A stretch of DNA of 64,000 nucleotides from an uncultured Actinomycetota bacterium (GTDB lineage Bacteria > Actinomycetota > Humimicrobiia > Humimicrobiales > Humimicrobiaceae), in assembly GCA_964494385.1 (NCBI GenBank), contig CAZBSE010000003.1:7849-71848 (forward strand). The letters are read 5' to 3'. Below, one piece after another: positions 1-9,855 of the stretch. The position numbers and the translations under genes were made by a program. The notes under the pieces were generated by a model, which saw only the letters and a program-made list of their open reading frames with translations, made no database searches and was not told the DNA's origin. Position 1 is the first letter of the stretch, and each line of letters starts with the position of its first letter.

Positions 1-263
1 GCCGCCCAGATAATAAAAACAATAATTAAAAGTACGGCTGTTATAAGAGCTGCAAAAGCTCCGGGATTATTTTTTATTTTTTCGGCGGCCAGAGATAACC
101 TTGAATTACTTTTTTTAAAGTAATCCATAAATTTCTCGTCCAGTAATTTTTCATCTGATTTTTTTATATGAGAAATTCTGTCAATTATCTTTTCATCCAT
201 ATTCCCCGAGGGCTTTATTACCGTATTTTTTACAATTTTTAAGTATTTATTTATATTGTTCAT
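1..263 (-). CDS. putative anti-sigma factor, partial (runs off window edge). Its N-terminal cytoplasmic part is about 65 aa and is followed by one TM helix (FAALITAVLLIIVFIIWAA).
   Basis: A minus-strand ORF starts at ATG 263..261, directly downstream of the ECF sigma gene. The layout of a short N-terminal domain plus one TM segment is typical of ECF anti-sigma factors. This ORF is absent from the supplied track because it is truncated at the window edge. Confidence 0.4.
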   Translation of the reverse strand, partial: MNNINKYLKIVKNTVIKPSGNMDEKIIDRISHIKKSDEKLLDEKFMDYFKKSNSRLSLAAEKIKNNPGAFAALITAVLLIIVFIIWA

Positions 264-332
264 AAGGAAAATCCTAAAATGTTCAATATTATAGATTAAA
301 ATTTTTTTCTTTTGTTTCAATTCGTTTTTTCA

Positions 333-962
333 TTACTTTTCAACCCTTATTTTCTCTTTTATCATTTTTCTTGCCCGGTGTATGTTTGTTTTAACCGTGC
401 CTATTGGTTTACCGGTCAGTTCTGCAATTTCTCTATAGCTATAATCCTGCAGATCCCTTAATATTAAGGGTATCCTGTAATTTTCATCAAGGTTTACTAC
501 TATTTTCAGCACTTCCTTTACTGTTTCCTTATTAAAAAAACTCTTTTCAAGATTCTGGCTGAACTTGGTAAAAACAACCTCATAATCTTCAGTCATTTTA
601 TCCAGGCTAACCTTTCTGTCTTTTATTTTTGAACGCAATCTCAGCTTGTCAATGCATGTATTTACGGTAAGTTTTCTTATCCAGGTTTTAAAACTTGAAA
701 GCCCCCTGAAGCCCTTAATAGACAGGTATACCTTTACAAATACCTCCTGGCTTACATCCTCTGCCTCATGCGTGTCTCTTAATATAAAAAATGCAGTGGT
801 ATAGACATATTTTGAGAATCGTCTGACCAGGTCTTCAAAAGCAGCTTTGTCACCCTTTTTTGATCTTGCCACCAGTGTTTTTTCATCTGCTTCCCTGTAT
901 TTGCTTTTACTATTATTTTTATCCAATATTCTCTTTCTCCTGTTTCGCTCCGCTCTTCTCAC
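333..962 (-). CDS. RNA polymerase sigma-70 factor, ECF subfamily
   Basis: The sigma-70 region 2 and region 4 are recognisable (YREIAELTGKPIGTVKTNIHRARK), and the size of 209 aa fits. A putative anti-sigma gene follows it. Confidence 0.85.
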   Translation of the reverse strand: MRRAERNRRKRILDKNNSKSKYREADEKTLVARSKKGDKAAFEDLVRRFSKYVYTTAFFILRDTHEAEDVSQEVFVKVYLSIKGFRGLSSFKTWIRKLTVNTCIDKLRLRSKIKDRKVSLDKMTEDYEVVFTKFSQNLEKSFFNKETVKEVLKIVVNLDENYRIPLILRDLQDYSYREIAELTGKPIGTVKTNIHRARKMIKEKIRVEK

Positions 963-965
963 ATC

Positions 966-2090
966 CTAAACTGCAGGGACTTCGATCAATTTGACCGTAA
1001 CAGCTAAATATCCCCCATTTCTATATACTTTAACCGCTACTTCATCTCCTATATTATGTTTAAGAATCTGAGCAAACAGCTCATATGGATTACTAACCTC
1101 AACACCATCCATTTCGACAATCACATCGCCAGCTTTTATTCCTGCCTTTTCTGCAGGATATCCCTGGGAAACACTATTGATGTATACTCCAATTACATCG
1201 GTAGTGTTTTCAGACATTTCTATACCCATAAATGGAATTCTTGCTCTCCCGAATTCAATAATCTGATTTGCGATATTGACCACCGTATTGCCGGGAATAG
1301 CAAACCCAATACTCGTCCCTGACGCTGCCAGGGTATTAATTCCTATTACCTCTCCATTTGAATTTACCAGTGGGCCGCCACTGTTTCCTGGATTTATGGC
1401 TGCGTCGGTTTGGATTAAATTAACCGGAATCGTAATATCTCTTCCCTTGGCACTTATTACTCCCATGGTAACAGTTTGGTCAAGACCATAAGGGCTGCCT
1501 ACTGCAATAACCATATCTCCCACACTTATATCATCTTCTGAACCGAATTTAGCAGCTAACAAGCCGTCTGCTTTTATCTTTATGACTGCCACATCAGTTT
1601 TTTCATCCGCTCCTTTCAGAGTCGCTGGGTAATTGCTGCCATCATATAGGGTAACCACGAGTTTCTCGGCATCTCCCGCTACATGATTATTGGTTATAAT
1701 ATATCCATCTTTAGTATAAATCACCCCTGAACCTATTCCTTCTTGTTCCTGTGTCTGCCCAAATATATCTGTAGTCTTTATGGTCACTTTTATATTTACT
1801 ACCGAAGGTGTTATTTCTTCAACAACTTTACTTATTGCATCGTTAAATTCACCAAGCAAAAGTCCTCCCACAGCATTTGCTTCTACTTCATTCTTGGTAG
1901 GCTGCTGCTCAGGAGTGGTCCGTTCTTCAATTCCTGCATTTCCCTTAAATAAATCTGCAATGGTAACCTTATTCACCGCAGCCAGAATACCCAGCATGCT
2001 TGTTCCGCCCACAATAAAAAATATTATGGCAATTATTACTATTATGAGACCTCTTATAAAAAAAGATTTAATACCATTTCCCTTGTTCAT
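966..2090 (-). CDS. htrA: HtrA/DegP-family trypsin-like serine protease with PDZ domain, membrane anchored
   Basis: The GNSGGPLVN serine-protease motif is present, with an N-terminal TM segment and a C-terminal PDZ-like region. Its stop codon is 3 nt before the sigma gene start. Confidence 0.85.
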   Translation of the reverse strand: MNKGNGIKSFFIRGLIIVIIAIIFFIVGGTSMLGILAAVNKVTIADLFKGNAGIEERTTPEQQPTKNEVEANAVGGLLLGEFNDAISKVVEEITPSVVNIKVTIKTTDIFGQTQEQEGIGSGVIYTKDGYIITNNHVAGDAEKLVVTLYDGSNYPATLKGADEKTDVAVIKIKADGLLAAKFGSEDDISVGDMVIAVGSPYGLDQTVTMGVISAKGRDITIPVNLIQTDAAINPGNSGGPLVNSNGEVIGINTLAASGTSIGFAIPGNTVVNIANQIIEFGRARIPFMGIEMSENTTDVIGVYINSVSQGYPAEKAGIKAGDVIVEMDGVEVSNPYELFAQILKHNIGDEVAVKVYRNGGYLAVTVKLIEVPAV

Positions 2091-2125
2091 CTCTTAACTC
2101 CTCTGACTTTTTATATATTAATTAT

Positions 2126-3529
2126 TCATTCACCTTCACCGGCTTCGTCTGCCTCGGAGGGGCCGCCCGTTTTTTCTATTAAAATCTCCTCTGATCTTAA
2201 CCTCAAAGCATCTTCCTGAATCTTTAATGCTGCATCCTCCGGCAGGATATCTCCCGATATGACATTTTTAACATTGTCCCTTATAGCATCTCTTATTACC
2301 ATTATAAGTTTTTCGTAAGGTTTACCCCTGCACAGCTCAGCCTGCTGAAAAGCACCATTAACTATATCATCGTTTCTTACGACTGCGCTGCTGGCAAGGC
2401 TCTTTAAAACCGGCAAAGTTTGTGTAGTCGAATTCCAGTCCAATTGTACTTCCTCGGATAACATATACGTTATAAATTCATTTAAAGCTTCTAACTCATT
2501 CCCATAACAATTCACGTTTATCATAAACCCAAGACCCGAAATCAGAGGTGTGGGATATTCATCTCCCTGATAAACCAACGGTATTTTTGATACCCCAACA
2601 TTCAATCCTTCCTCCTGATATTCTTCAATTGAATTAACGTTGTCTATAATCATATGCGCATTTCCGCTCTTGAATAGGTCGCTTATCTCGCCATATTCCA
2701 TACCGGAAGGCAGAATTCTTTCCTCATTATATATATAGTTTAAAAATTCTAGAGCCTTTTCAACAGCTTCTATATCCAGAGCAAGCGAATCAGTGTTATA
2801 ATCAACTATCCAGCCGGAATATCCTCCTATAAACGGGATCACCCAGTCCGGTTCACTGGCATCCATTAAAAATCCATAGGTTTGCCGTGTGAAATCATTT
2901 ACGCTGCTGCAGTATTCAATTACTTCATCAAAACTCCGGGGGGGGTCATTTATCAGATCCCTGTTGTACAAAAACACTAAAAAATCAAGACTCCTGAAGG
3001 GAATTATATACTTCCTGCCACTATACTCAGAAATTTCTACCAGGCCGTTCAGAATTGAAGAATAATCAAATTCGTTTTCTTCGTCGCTTATTTCCTTTAA
3101 TACATTTCCCGGAGCAAGCCTATGAACACCGTCAAAATCTATAAGCAGCAGTTCGGGGCCCGATCCGGCAAGGCTGGCTGCTTCAAACTGGTCCTCCAGT
3201 TCTTCCCGGTTTCTAAAGTGCCTGGTCTCCATATTGATATGCTCGTTTTCTGCCATAAAATTTTCCACGCTATTTATAAGGGTGATCCTCTCTCTTGGCT
3301 CGATATAGTCCCAGAGGGTTATGTGGGTTGTAATCATATTTTTGGACTCCAGGTCCCCTTCCCCGGTCTCTGCTTTTTCCTCTGCAGATAGCTCGCCTTC
3401 TAATCCTGTCTGAAAATCCAGCAGGTCGCAGGATGTAACACTGATTAAAAGAAACAAGGATAGAATGGCAAGCGGTACCATTAATTTTATAATTACCTTT
3501 CTTATAATTCCTATAGCAGTTTCAGCCAT
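2126..3529 (-). CDS. ABC-type extracellular solute-binding lipoprotein (SBP family 1, maltose-binding-like). It is an orphan, with no permease or ATPase gene adjacent.
   Basis: It has a signal peptide with the lipobox SVTSC and a 467-aa architecture typical of SBP_bac_1. An RBS (GAGGTGA) precedes the start. Confidence 0.6.
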   Translation of the reverse strand: MAETAIGIIRKVIIKLMVPLAILSLFLLISVTSCDLLDFQTGLEGELSAEEKAETGEGDLESKNMITTHITLWDYIEPRERITLINSVENFMAENEHINMETRHFRNREELEDQFEAASLAGSGPELLLIDFDGVHRLAPGNVLKEISDEENEFDYSSILNGLVEISEYSGRKYIIPFRSLDFLVFLYNRDLINDPPRSFDEVIEYCSSVNDFTRQTYGFLMDASEPDWVIPFIGGYSGWIVDYNTDSLALDIEAVEKALEFLNYIYNEERILPSGMEYGEISDLFKSGNAHMIIDNVNSIEEYQEEGLNVGVSKIPLVYQGDEYPTPLISGLGFMINVNCYGNELEALNEFITYMLSEEVQLDWNSTTQTLPVLKSLASSAVVRNDDIVNGAFQQAELCRGKPYEKLIMVIRDAIRDNVKNVISGDILPEDAALKIQEDALRLRSEEILIEKTGGPSEADEAGEGE

Positions 3530-3856
3530 CGTTCACCTCGGTCTCTCGATATTAACTACACTTTTGTCAATTATATTATAAATATAACTTTCAATCTATA
3601 TTAAAAACCATAAATAGCAGCCGCCGGATAAACAATTATTTTTTAAAAAAAGATTCCCCCCGAAAACCGCGGCGGTTATCTTGACTATTAATAAAAAATA
3701 TTAAATTTGAGCGTTTTAATATAAAAGTAAATCTTTGACGGCTTGTATCTTTTTATATCTGCTTTAAATTAAATAATATATCAACAAATTTATATTTCTT
3801 TTTTTTATAAAAAATTATAAAATTTTGTAAAGATTCAAATATAGGGGGTGGCTCCG

Positions 3857-4822
3857 ATGAAGGCTCTGGTGTACGATAAGAGTAAAAAAGAATTACTGGA
3901 AAAAATTACTTTTAAGGGTATCCCCCCTTATATAAATAACGCCGAATACCTTATATGGATTGATATCGAAAATCCCAGCAGGGATAACATGCAGTTTTTA
4001 AGGGATCATTTTCATTTCCATCCCCTGGATATAGAAGACTGCCTTAGCGTTATTGAAAGACCAAAATTAGATGAATACGATGACTACTTCTTTTTGGTTC
4101 TGCATATACCTTTTTACATAAAGCAAACCAGAAGGCTTGTACCTTTTAATGTAAATATATTTATCGGAAATAACTTCCTGATAACCATACACCGCGGATT
4201 GTGCAAACCAATACAAAATGCGTTTGACTACCTGACCAAAAATCATCAAATCCTTGAAAAGGGATCCGGTTACCTTTTGCATAAAGTAATAGACTCGCTT
4301 ATTGATCATAATTTTCCTATCTTGAATAAAATTTACAGAAATATACAAAGTGTTGAAGATGCTATCTTTAAAAAAGCAAGCAGCAAGAATGTCAGGGATA
4401 TACTTCTTATCAGAACCAATATATTAGCCTTCAGAAATATAATTTTTCCGCAAAGAAAATTGCTTAAAACTCTGGAGATTAAAGATATGGACTTCCTGAT
4501 AGAAGCCCTGGAGGTTTACTTCAGTGACCTGGTGGACCATATAGAGAAAATCTGGGACACCCTTGAAAATTACAAAGAACTGATAGAGGGAATGCACGAC
4601 GCCCACCAATCACTATTATCCAATAAGATTAATGATATAATGCGAATACTTACCATCTTTTCTGTGATAATTCTTCCCCTTACTCTAATATCCGGAATTT
4701 ATGGAATGAATATTGTTCTTCCCCTGGGCAAAAATGCTTTCGCTTTTATTATAATCGTTGCTGCCATGATTATAATATCCATAGGAATGCTGATATACTT
4801 CAAGCACAAGGACTGGATATAA
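3857..4822 (+). CDS. corA: magnesium/cobalt transporter CorA
   Basis: The YGMN motif is present (YGMNIVLP) ahead of two C-terminal TM helices. An ATG at 3857 with an AGGGGG RBS is preferred over the upstream GTG at 3848 used by the track. Confidence 0.85.
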   Translation: MKALVYDKSKKELLEKITFKGIPPYINNAEYLIWIDIENPSRDNMQFLRDHFHFHPLDIEDCLSVIERPKLDEYDDYFFLVLHIPFYIKQTRRLVPFNVNIFIGNNFLITIHRGLCKPIQNAFDYLTKNHQILEKGSGYLLHKVIDSLIDHNFPILNKIYRNIQSVEDAIFKKASSKNVRDILLIRTNILAFRNIIFPQRKLLKTLEIKDMDFLIEALEVYFSDLVDHIEKIWDTLENYKELIEGMHDAHQSLLSNKINDIMRILTIFSVIILPLTLISGIYGMNIVLPLGKNAFAFIIIVAAMIIISIGMLIYFKHKDWI

Positions 4823-4824
4823 AA

Positions 4825-5634
4825 TTAAACAGGCACTTCTATTTCATCTTCAAAAAATACTTCAAATCTGTAATGGGTAAATTCCGGCAGGTACTCATCA
4901 AGAAGTACCTTTAAAACAAACTCCTGCTCCTGCCCGCGGTTCATTTCTTCTCTGGGCAGGTGACAATTCTTTATAAATACTACCTGGTTTTTATCATTAA
5001 AAAAAGTGCAAAAAAGCTTCAGGTTCCCTATTTTCCTTTCTCCCAAATTAATAACCTTGCCTTCGATGATTAAAAAGTCCCCCTCATAGTGATAGCTTTC
5101 ATTTTCAACAATGGGGTTTCCCTTAAATCTTTCGTAATAATCTTTGTAATCAATACCTATCTTTACCATGGATATATCTATATACTTCTCTCTTTCTGTC
5201 AGGTAATAACAAAAGGGCAGCCTGCTTCCCCCTCTGAGGTAGTTGGCTGCGGCAGGGATGCGCGCCGATGTTATTACATCTCCTGATTTCCCGTAGAAAT
5301 CGAGGGTTATTTCTATATCGGTTTTATTTACCTCTGAAACATTTTCTACTTCTCCAAGTATAATCAGGTCCTGGTAAATATCCAAATACAGATAGCAGTT
5401 TTTGATTGTCACATCAATAGAACTTGTTTTTTCTATTTTTATTTTTTTATAATCAAATAAATAAAGGATTTCTTTCGCATCAGTATTATCGCCTTCCGCG
5501 GCCTGCCCCGTTGAATCACCTTCCGGCCCGCAGGAAGCTAAAAAGGTAAATGACATAAAAAAAATGATTAAAAAAATAGCAAAAATACCGGATGTGGCCC
5601 TTCTCTTTTTAACACTGGTCATCTCTCTCCACAT
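4825..5634 (-). CDS. hypothetical lipoprotein (signal peptide plus lipobox LASC), last gene of the pan operon
   Basis: An N-terminal hydrophobic segment is followed by Cys. There is no recognisable domain. It overlaps the panD 3' end by 26 nt. Confidence 0.4.
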   Translation of the reverse strand: MWREMTSVKKRRATSGIFAIFLIIFFMSFTFLASCGPEGDSTGQAAEGDNTDAKEILYLFDYKKIKIEKTSSIDVTIKNCYLYLDIYQDLIILGEVENVSEVNKTDIEITLDFYGKSGDVITSARIPAAANYLRGGSRLPFCYYLTEREKYIDISMVKIGIDYKDYYERFKGNPIVENESYHYEGDFLIIEGKVINLGERKIGNLKLFCTFFNDKNQVVFIKNCHLPREEMNRGQEQEFVLKVLLDEYLPEFTHYRFEVFFEDEIEVPV

Positions 5635-5992
5635 GATCCTCTTCGTTTGTGATTACATTTTTGCTGTTTACGTAAACTATCTTCGGCCGGTAATCCGCCG
5701 CTTTTTTCTGGTTTATATTTACAAAGGATAAAATTATAACTTTCTCACCCTTCAGTATCCTCCTGGCCGCTGCTCCGTTTAGACAAATCTCGCCGCTGTT
5801 TTTTTCGCCCTCTATTACATAAGTTTCCAGTCTTTCTCCGCTGTCCAGGCTTACAACCAGTACCTTTTCATAAGGAAGCATCATCGCATGTCTCATTAAA
5901 TCGCTGTCTATGGTTATGCTTCCCATATAATCAACCTTTGCGTCGGTTACCGTGGCCCCGTGAATCTTGCTTTTTAAAATACAAATCAGCAT
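5609..5992 (-). CDS. panD: aspartate 1-decarboxylase
   Basis: MLICILKSKIHGATVT...YMGSITID matches the PanD pro-enzyme and its Gly-Ser self-cleavage site. The start was moved to the internal Met that corresponds to the family N-terminus. Confidence 0.9.
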   Translation of the reverse strand: MLICILKSKIHGATVTDAKVDYMGSITIDSDLMRHAMMLPYEKVLVVSLDSGERLETYVIEGEKNSGEICLNGAAARRILKGEKVIILSFVNINQKKAADYRPKIVYVNSKNVITNEEDHVERDDQC

Positions 5993-6045
5993 ATTGCTTC
6001 CCCCTTCATTTATATTAACCATCTGCCCGGGTCTAATAATATATC

Positions 6046-6912
6046 TTACTGCTTCCTGGTTCTTATAATCATATTATCAATAAGCCTGGTCTTTCCTATC
6101 CATATTGCTGCTGCGGCCAGCACGCTTTCCTGTTTTCTGCCGGTCTTTACTATTTTCTTAAGCGTTGCCGGATCTCTAAATTCAAAATAGTCCACACTTT
6201 TTACATACGCGTTCTTTTTTATTCTCTTTAAGGCCTCTCTTCTTATCCCTTCAAGATCTTTCCTGCCGCTTTCAATCATATCCCTTGTTTCGTTCAGGCT
6301 CTCATACAAAATAACGGCATTTTCCCTTTCTTCTCCGGACAGATACTCATTCCTGGAACTTATAGCCAGGCCGTCTTTTTCCCTTATGGTGGGACCGGTT
6401 ATAATTTCTATATCAAGATTCAGATCTTTAACCATCTTCTTTATTATTATAATTTGCTGATAATCCTTTTGCCCAAAATAAGCTTTATGCGCCTTTACAA
6501 TATTAAACAATTTTATAACCACTGTGGTCACGCCTTTAAAATGACCGGGCCTATGCTTTCCACACATAATTTTACCCAGTTCTTTTACCTCCACAAAAGT
6601 TTTATACCCGGGGGCATACATGTCGCTGGCCTCAGGATAAAATATGTAATCCACTCCTTTCCTCTCCGCCAGAACACTGTCTCTCTCTATGTTTCTGGGA
6701 TAATTATTGTAATCTTCGTCCGGACCAAACTGGGTTGGATTTACAAAAACACTCATAAACACTTTATCGCAATCTTTTTTTGCCATTCCGATAAGACTCA
6801 GGTGCCCCTGGTGCAGAGACCCCATGGTGGGAACGAATCCAATCTTATATCCCTTCTTCCTGAGGCAGCTTGCCGTTGACTTGCATTTATCTATTTTTTT
6901 GATTATTTCCAT
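6046..6912 (-). CDS. panC: pantoate--beta-alanine ligase (pantothenate synthetase)
   Basis: The PTMGSLHQGHLSLI HIGH-type motif and the length of 288 aa fit PanC. Confidence 0.9.
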   Translation of the reverse strand: MEIIKKIDKCKSTASCLRKKGYKIGFVPTMGSLHQGHLSLIGMAKKDCDKVFMSVFVNPTQFGPDEDYNNYPRNIERDSVLAERKGVDYIFYPEASDMYAPGYKTFVEVKELGKIMCGKHRPGHFKGVTTVVIKLFNIVKAHKAYFGQKDYQQIIIIKKMVKDLNLDIEIITGPTIREKDGLAISSRNEYLSGEERENAVILYESLNETRDMIESGRKDLEGIRREALKRIKKNAYVKSVDYFEFRDPATLKKIVKTGRKQESVLAAAAIWIGKTRLIDNMIIRTRKQ

Positions 6913-6975
6913 TACCGGGCTTTCGGTTTATATGTAAAAACTTACAGATAAATTAATTATTTGATTCAGTAGGAA

Positions 6976-7779
6976 TCAGTAGGAATGTTCTCTTGCGGGA
7001 AATTCCCCGCTTTTTACCTCTTCAATGTATTTTTTATAACATCTTTTCATCTGTTTGCCTAATTCGCCGTACCTTTTTGAAAATTTTGGTTTGAATTTTT
7101 CAAAAAGCCCCAGCATGTCATGTGTCACAAGTACCTGACCATCACAATCCACCCCGGCGCCTATTCCAATTGTGGGGACGTTTATCTGTTTGGTTATTTT
7201 CCCTGCAAGTTTTGCAGGAATCTTTTCCAGCACTATTGAAAATACCCCTGCTTTCTCGAGGCCCCTGGCATCCTCCAATAATTTTGAAGCCTGTTCGTTG
7301 TCCTGCCCCCTTACTCCATAACCGCCCAGCTTATAAACCGACTGCGGGGTTAATCCCAGATGTCCCATAACAGGGATCCCTGACCCAACAATTAATTCTA
7401 TGGTGCCGTAAATCTCCTTGCCTCCTTCAAGCTTTATGGCTTCAACGCCGGATTCCTTTAAAAACCTTCCCGCATTTCTTACTGCTTCCTCCCCGCTTGC
7501 CTGATAGGACATAAAGGGCATATCGCCTATAACCATGGCCCTTTTAACTCCCCTGGTAACTGCTTTGCAGTGATGGATCATCTCATCCATTGTAACCGGG
7601 ATGGTATTTTTATACCCAAGCAGTACATTACCAACGGAATCCCCTACCAGTATTAAATCTATGCCGCTTTCGTCCAGCTGGGATGCCATAAGACAATCGT
7701 AAGCGGTAAGCATGGTAATCTTTTCGTTTTTTTTCTTCATCTCTATTAGATCGTTAGTCGTAACTTTTTTTACATCCAT
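6976..7779 (-). CDS. panB: 3-methyl-2-oxobutanoate hydroxymethyltransferase
   Basis: ITMLTAYDCLMASQLDESGIDLILVGDSVGNV matches the PanB signature. Confidence 0.9.
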   Translation of the reverse strand: MDVKKVTTNDLIEMKKKNEKITMLTAYDCLMASQLDESGIDLILVGDSVGNVLLGYKNTIPVTMDEMIHHCKAVTRGVKRAMVIGDMPFMSYQASGEEAVRNAGRFLKESGVEAIKLEGGKEIYGTIELIVGSGIPVMGHLGLTPQSVYKLGGYGVRGQDNEQASKLLEDARGLEKAGVFSIVLEKIPAKLAGKITKQINVPTIGIGAGVDCDGQVLVTHDMLGLFEKFKPKFSKRYGELGKQMKRCYKKYIEEVKSGEFPAREHSY

Positions 7780-7790
7780 ACCCTTCCCTT

Positions 7791-8705
7791 CTACTCTTCG
7801 AGTATTTTCTTAAGTTTTTCCATGGTGCTTTTACTTATCCATTTATTCCCATATGCGACCCTGCTGGTCTCTGCGCCCATACTTCTGTATAATTTAACAT
7901 CTTTCTCTGTAAAATATTTATTAAAATTATCCATATGCTCTTTAATTGTGCCTATATCTCCTCTGGCTATGGGGCCGGTCAGGGACTTCTCCGTTCCCAT
8001 CTTCTTTATATTGCCGATTGTCCCCTCGATCAAACCCATTAAACCCTTTAAAGAATCCTCCGGTTTTATCCCAATTTTCCTATGTATAACTACTGCGTAA
8101 TTAATAAGAGAGACAAGATAATTAGAGGCCACACATGCCGCAGCGTGGTAAAGAGGTTTCTTGTCGTCTTCTACTTCTATTGATAAGCCGCCTAATTTCT
8201 CCACTAAAAGCTTTGATGCTTTTTTTGATTTTATACCGGAACAGGTAATACCAAAAACAGTTCCCTTCAGTGTTTTGATGGCTTCCTGGATAGAAGCAAA
8301 AGATTTCAATGGGTGTATTGATGCTGTTTCGGCACCGGCACCGGCCGCTGAATCCAACGCTTTTAGCGATTTGGATCCGCTGAAATGAATAGCATAGTAA
8401 TTTTTATAATCTCTATTACTGTCTCCAAAAATTTCTCCGCACACGCTGCTTATACTATCGTCCGGTGTGCATATTAATATACAATTAGCCATTGCCGCCG
8501 CCCTCAAGTTTTCCCTGGTAAAGTCAATACCTGCAGCCCTGCTGCCCAGGATTTTCTTAGCTCTGTTTAAGGATTCCGAAGACCTTGAGGCTATTGCCTT
8601 TAGCCTGATGCCGGGAACATTTCTTTTTGCAAGAGTATAACTTATTGTTGTTCCCAGTCTTCCCGCTCCAATGATGCATAAGTTTAAATAAATATTTTTA
8701 TTCAT
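7791..8705 (-). CDS. Rossmann-fold NAD(P)-binding protein (DUF2520-like), putative ketopantoate reductase substitute
   Basis: It has an N-terminal GAGRLG dinucleotide-binding motif and is the first gene of the panBCD operon. No canonical PanE is seen. The functional assignment is inferred from context. Confidence 0.5.
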   Translation of the reverse strand: MNKNIYLNLCIIGAGRLGTTISYTLAKRNVPGIRLKAIASRSSESLNRAKKILGSRAAGIDFTRENLRAAAMANCILICTPDDSISSVCGEIFGDSNRDYKNYYAIHFSGSKSLKALDSAAGAGAETASIHPLKSFASIQEAIKTLKGTVFGITCSGIKSKKASKLLVEKLGGLSIEVEDDKKPLYHAAACVASNYLVSLINYAVVIHRKIGIKPEDSLKGLMGLIEGTIGNIKKMGTEKSLTGPIARGDIGTIKEHMDNFNKYFTEKDVKLYRSMGAETSRVAYGNKWISKSTMEKLKKILEE

Positions 8706-8745
8706 AATATTATTACATCTATGTCTCTTCTTCTCTCCCGGGCCG

Positions 8746-9855
8746 CTAGGATACCCTGATTGGCATTAGCAGGTAAACCAAATTTTTATTCTTCTCTGAT
8801 TGCAACAGGATTGGCTTGAGTGGTTCCTCTATTGATAATATTATATTTTTATCTTCAATTATATTTATACCGTCTATCAGAAATTCGGGGTTAAATGCCG
8901 TTTCTATTTCCTCTTCCCCATACGAAACCTCAAATTCTTCGCTGGAACTTCCTACTTCCTTTATATTCATTGAAACCGTTACCCTGCCCTTGTTAAAGTT
9001 TAGCCTGATGGGTATATTGTCCTGAGATATAGATGAAATCCTTTTTACAACCTCCAGAACCCTGCTTCTGTCCAAGATTATATTGTGTTTAAAACTTTTA
9101 GGTATTAGTTGTTTATATTCTGGAAATTTTCCCGAAAGAAGCCTTGAAACTATGGTATTTTTCCTTTTGTTTCCACCTTCCAGGCTAAAGCTTATCTGGT
9201 TCTCCTCCAGATTTATTTCAACAGCTCCTTCCCCGAATTCGCTTTTAAGGATGCTGTCAAGCACTTTGGCCGGAATGACCACCTTTGTCAGCGGTATTCC
9301 CTCTCCCAGTTTTTCCTTTACCAAGGCAAGCCTATAGCTGTCCGTTGCAACCATTCTCAGCACCCCTTCTTCTATTTCTAAGAGCACCCCCGTAAGAACC
9401 GCTCTACTCTCATCCAACGATGCGGCTTTCTGTACCTTTGATACCAGTCCCTTAAACTTATCCAGGTTCATTTTAAAACAATTCTCTTTTTTTATCTCCG
9501 GAAACTCCGGATACTCTTCTACAGACATGGTGTTCAAGGTAAAAAAAGCCTTCTCGCAGCTTATTTTTACCTTGTTGCTGGCCTTATCCAGTTCTAATTC
9601 TATTTTTGACTCTTTGAGACTCTTTAATATATTTATTAAAATTCTGGAGGGCACCACAATTTTCCCTTTTTCAAGTATTTTTACCGATGTGCTGCTTTTA
9701 ATACTTGTTTCCAAATCAGTGCTATACACTGTCAAATTTTCCTGGGCGTCTAGCATTACTCCGCTTAATATAAAAGCTGATGTTTTGGGAGCAATTGCTC
9801 TGCTTGCCATTAGTATGGTGTCAAGAAGTTCTGTTCTTGTAGTTTGAAATTTCAT
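8746..9855 (-). CDS. dnaN: DNA polymerase III beta sliding clamp
   Basis: A 369-aa three-domain clamp lies immediately downstream of dnaA. Confidence 0.9.
   Translation of the reverse strand: MKFQTTRTELLDTILMASRAIAPKTSAFILSGVMLDAQENLTVYSTDLETSIKSSTSVKILEKGKIVVPSRILINILKSLKESKIELELDKASNKVKISCEKAFFTLNTMSVEEYPEFPEIKKENCFKMNLDKFKGLVSKVQKAASLDESRAVLTGVLLEIEEGVLRMVATDSYRLALVKEKLGEGIPLTKVVIPAKVLDSILKSEFGEGAVEINLEENQISFSLEGGNKRKNTIVSRLLSGKFPEYKQLIPKSFKHNIILDRSRVLEVVKRISSISQDNIPIRLNFNKGRVTVSMNIKEVGSSSEEFEVSYGEEEIETAFNPEFLIDGINIIEDKNIILSIEEPLKPILLQSEKNKNLVYLLMPIRVS

Noticed and set aside
1056-2097. Plus-strand ORFs (1056..1322, 1276..1491, 1743..1952, 1780..2097) that lie antisense within htrA. Many similar short ORFs lie antisense inside long genes, for example 15787..16218, 18181..18504, 37242..37850, 52843..53112 and 63460..63855.
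   Set aside because: Each is fully contained in a confidently identified gene on the opposite strand, lacks any recognisable motif, and has hydrophobic, low-complexity composition typical of antisense frames in AT-rich DNA.
3530-3856. M-box (Mg2+) riboswitch upstream of corA.
   Set aside because: No recognisable conserved M-box segments were seen by eye. Only a GC stem was noted, and it is reported as a low-interest finding.
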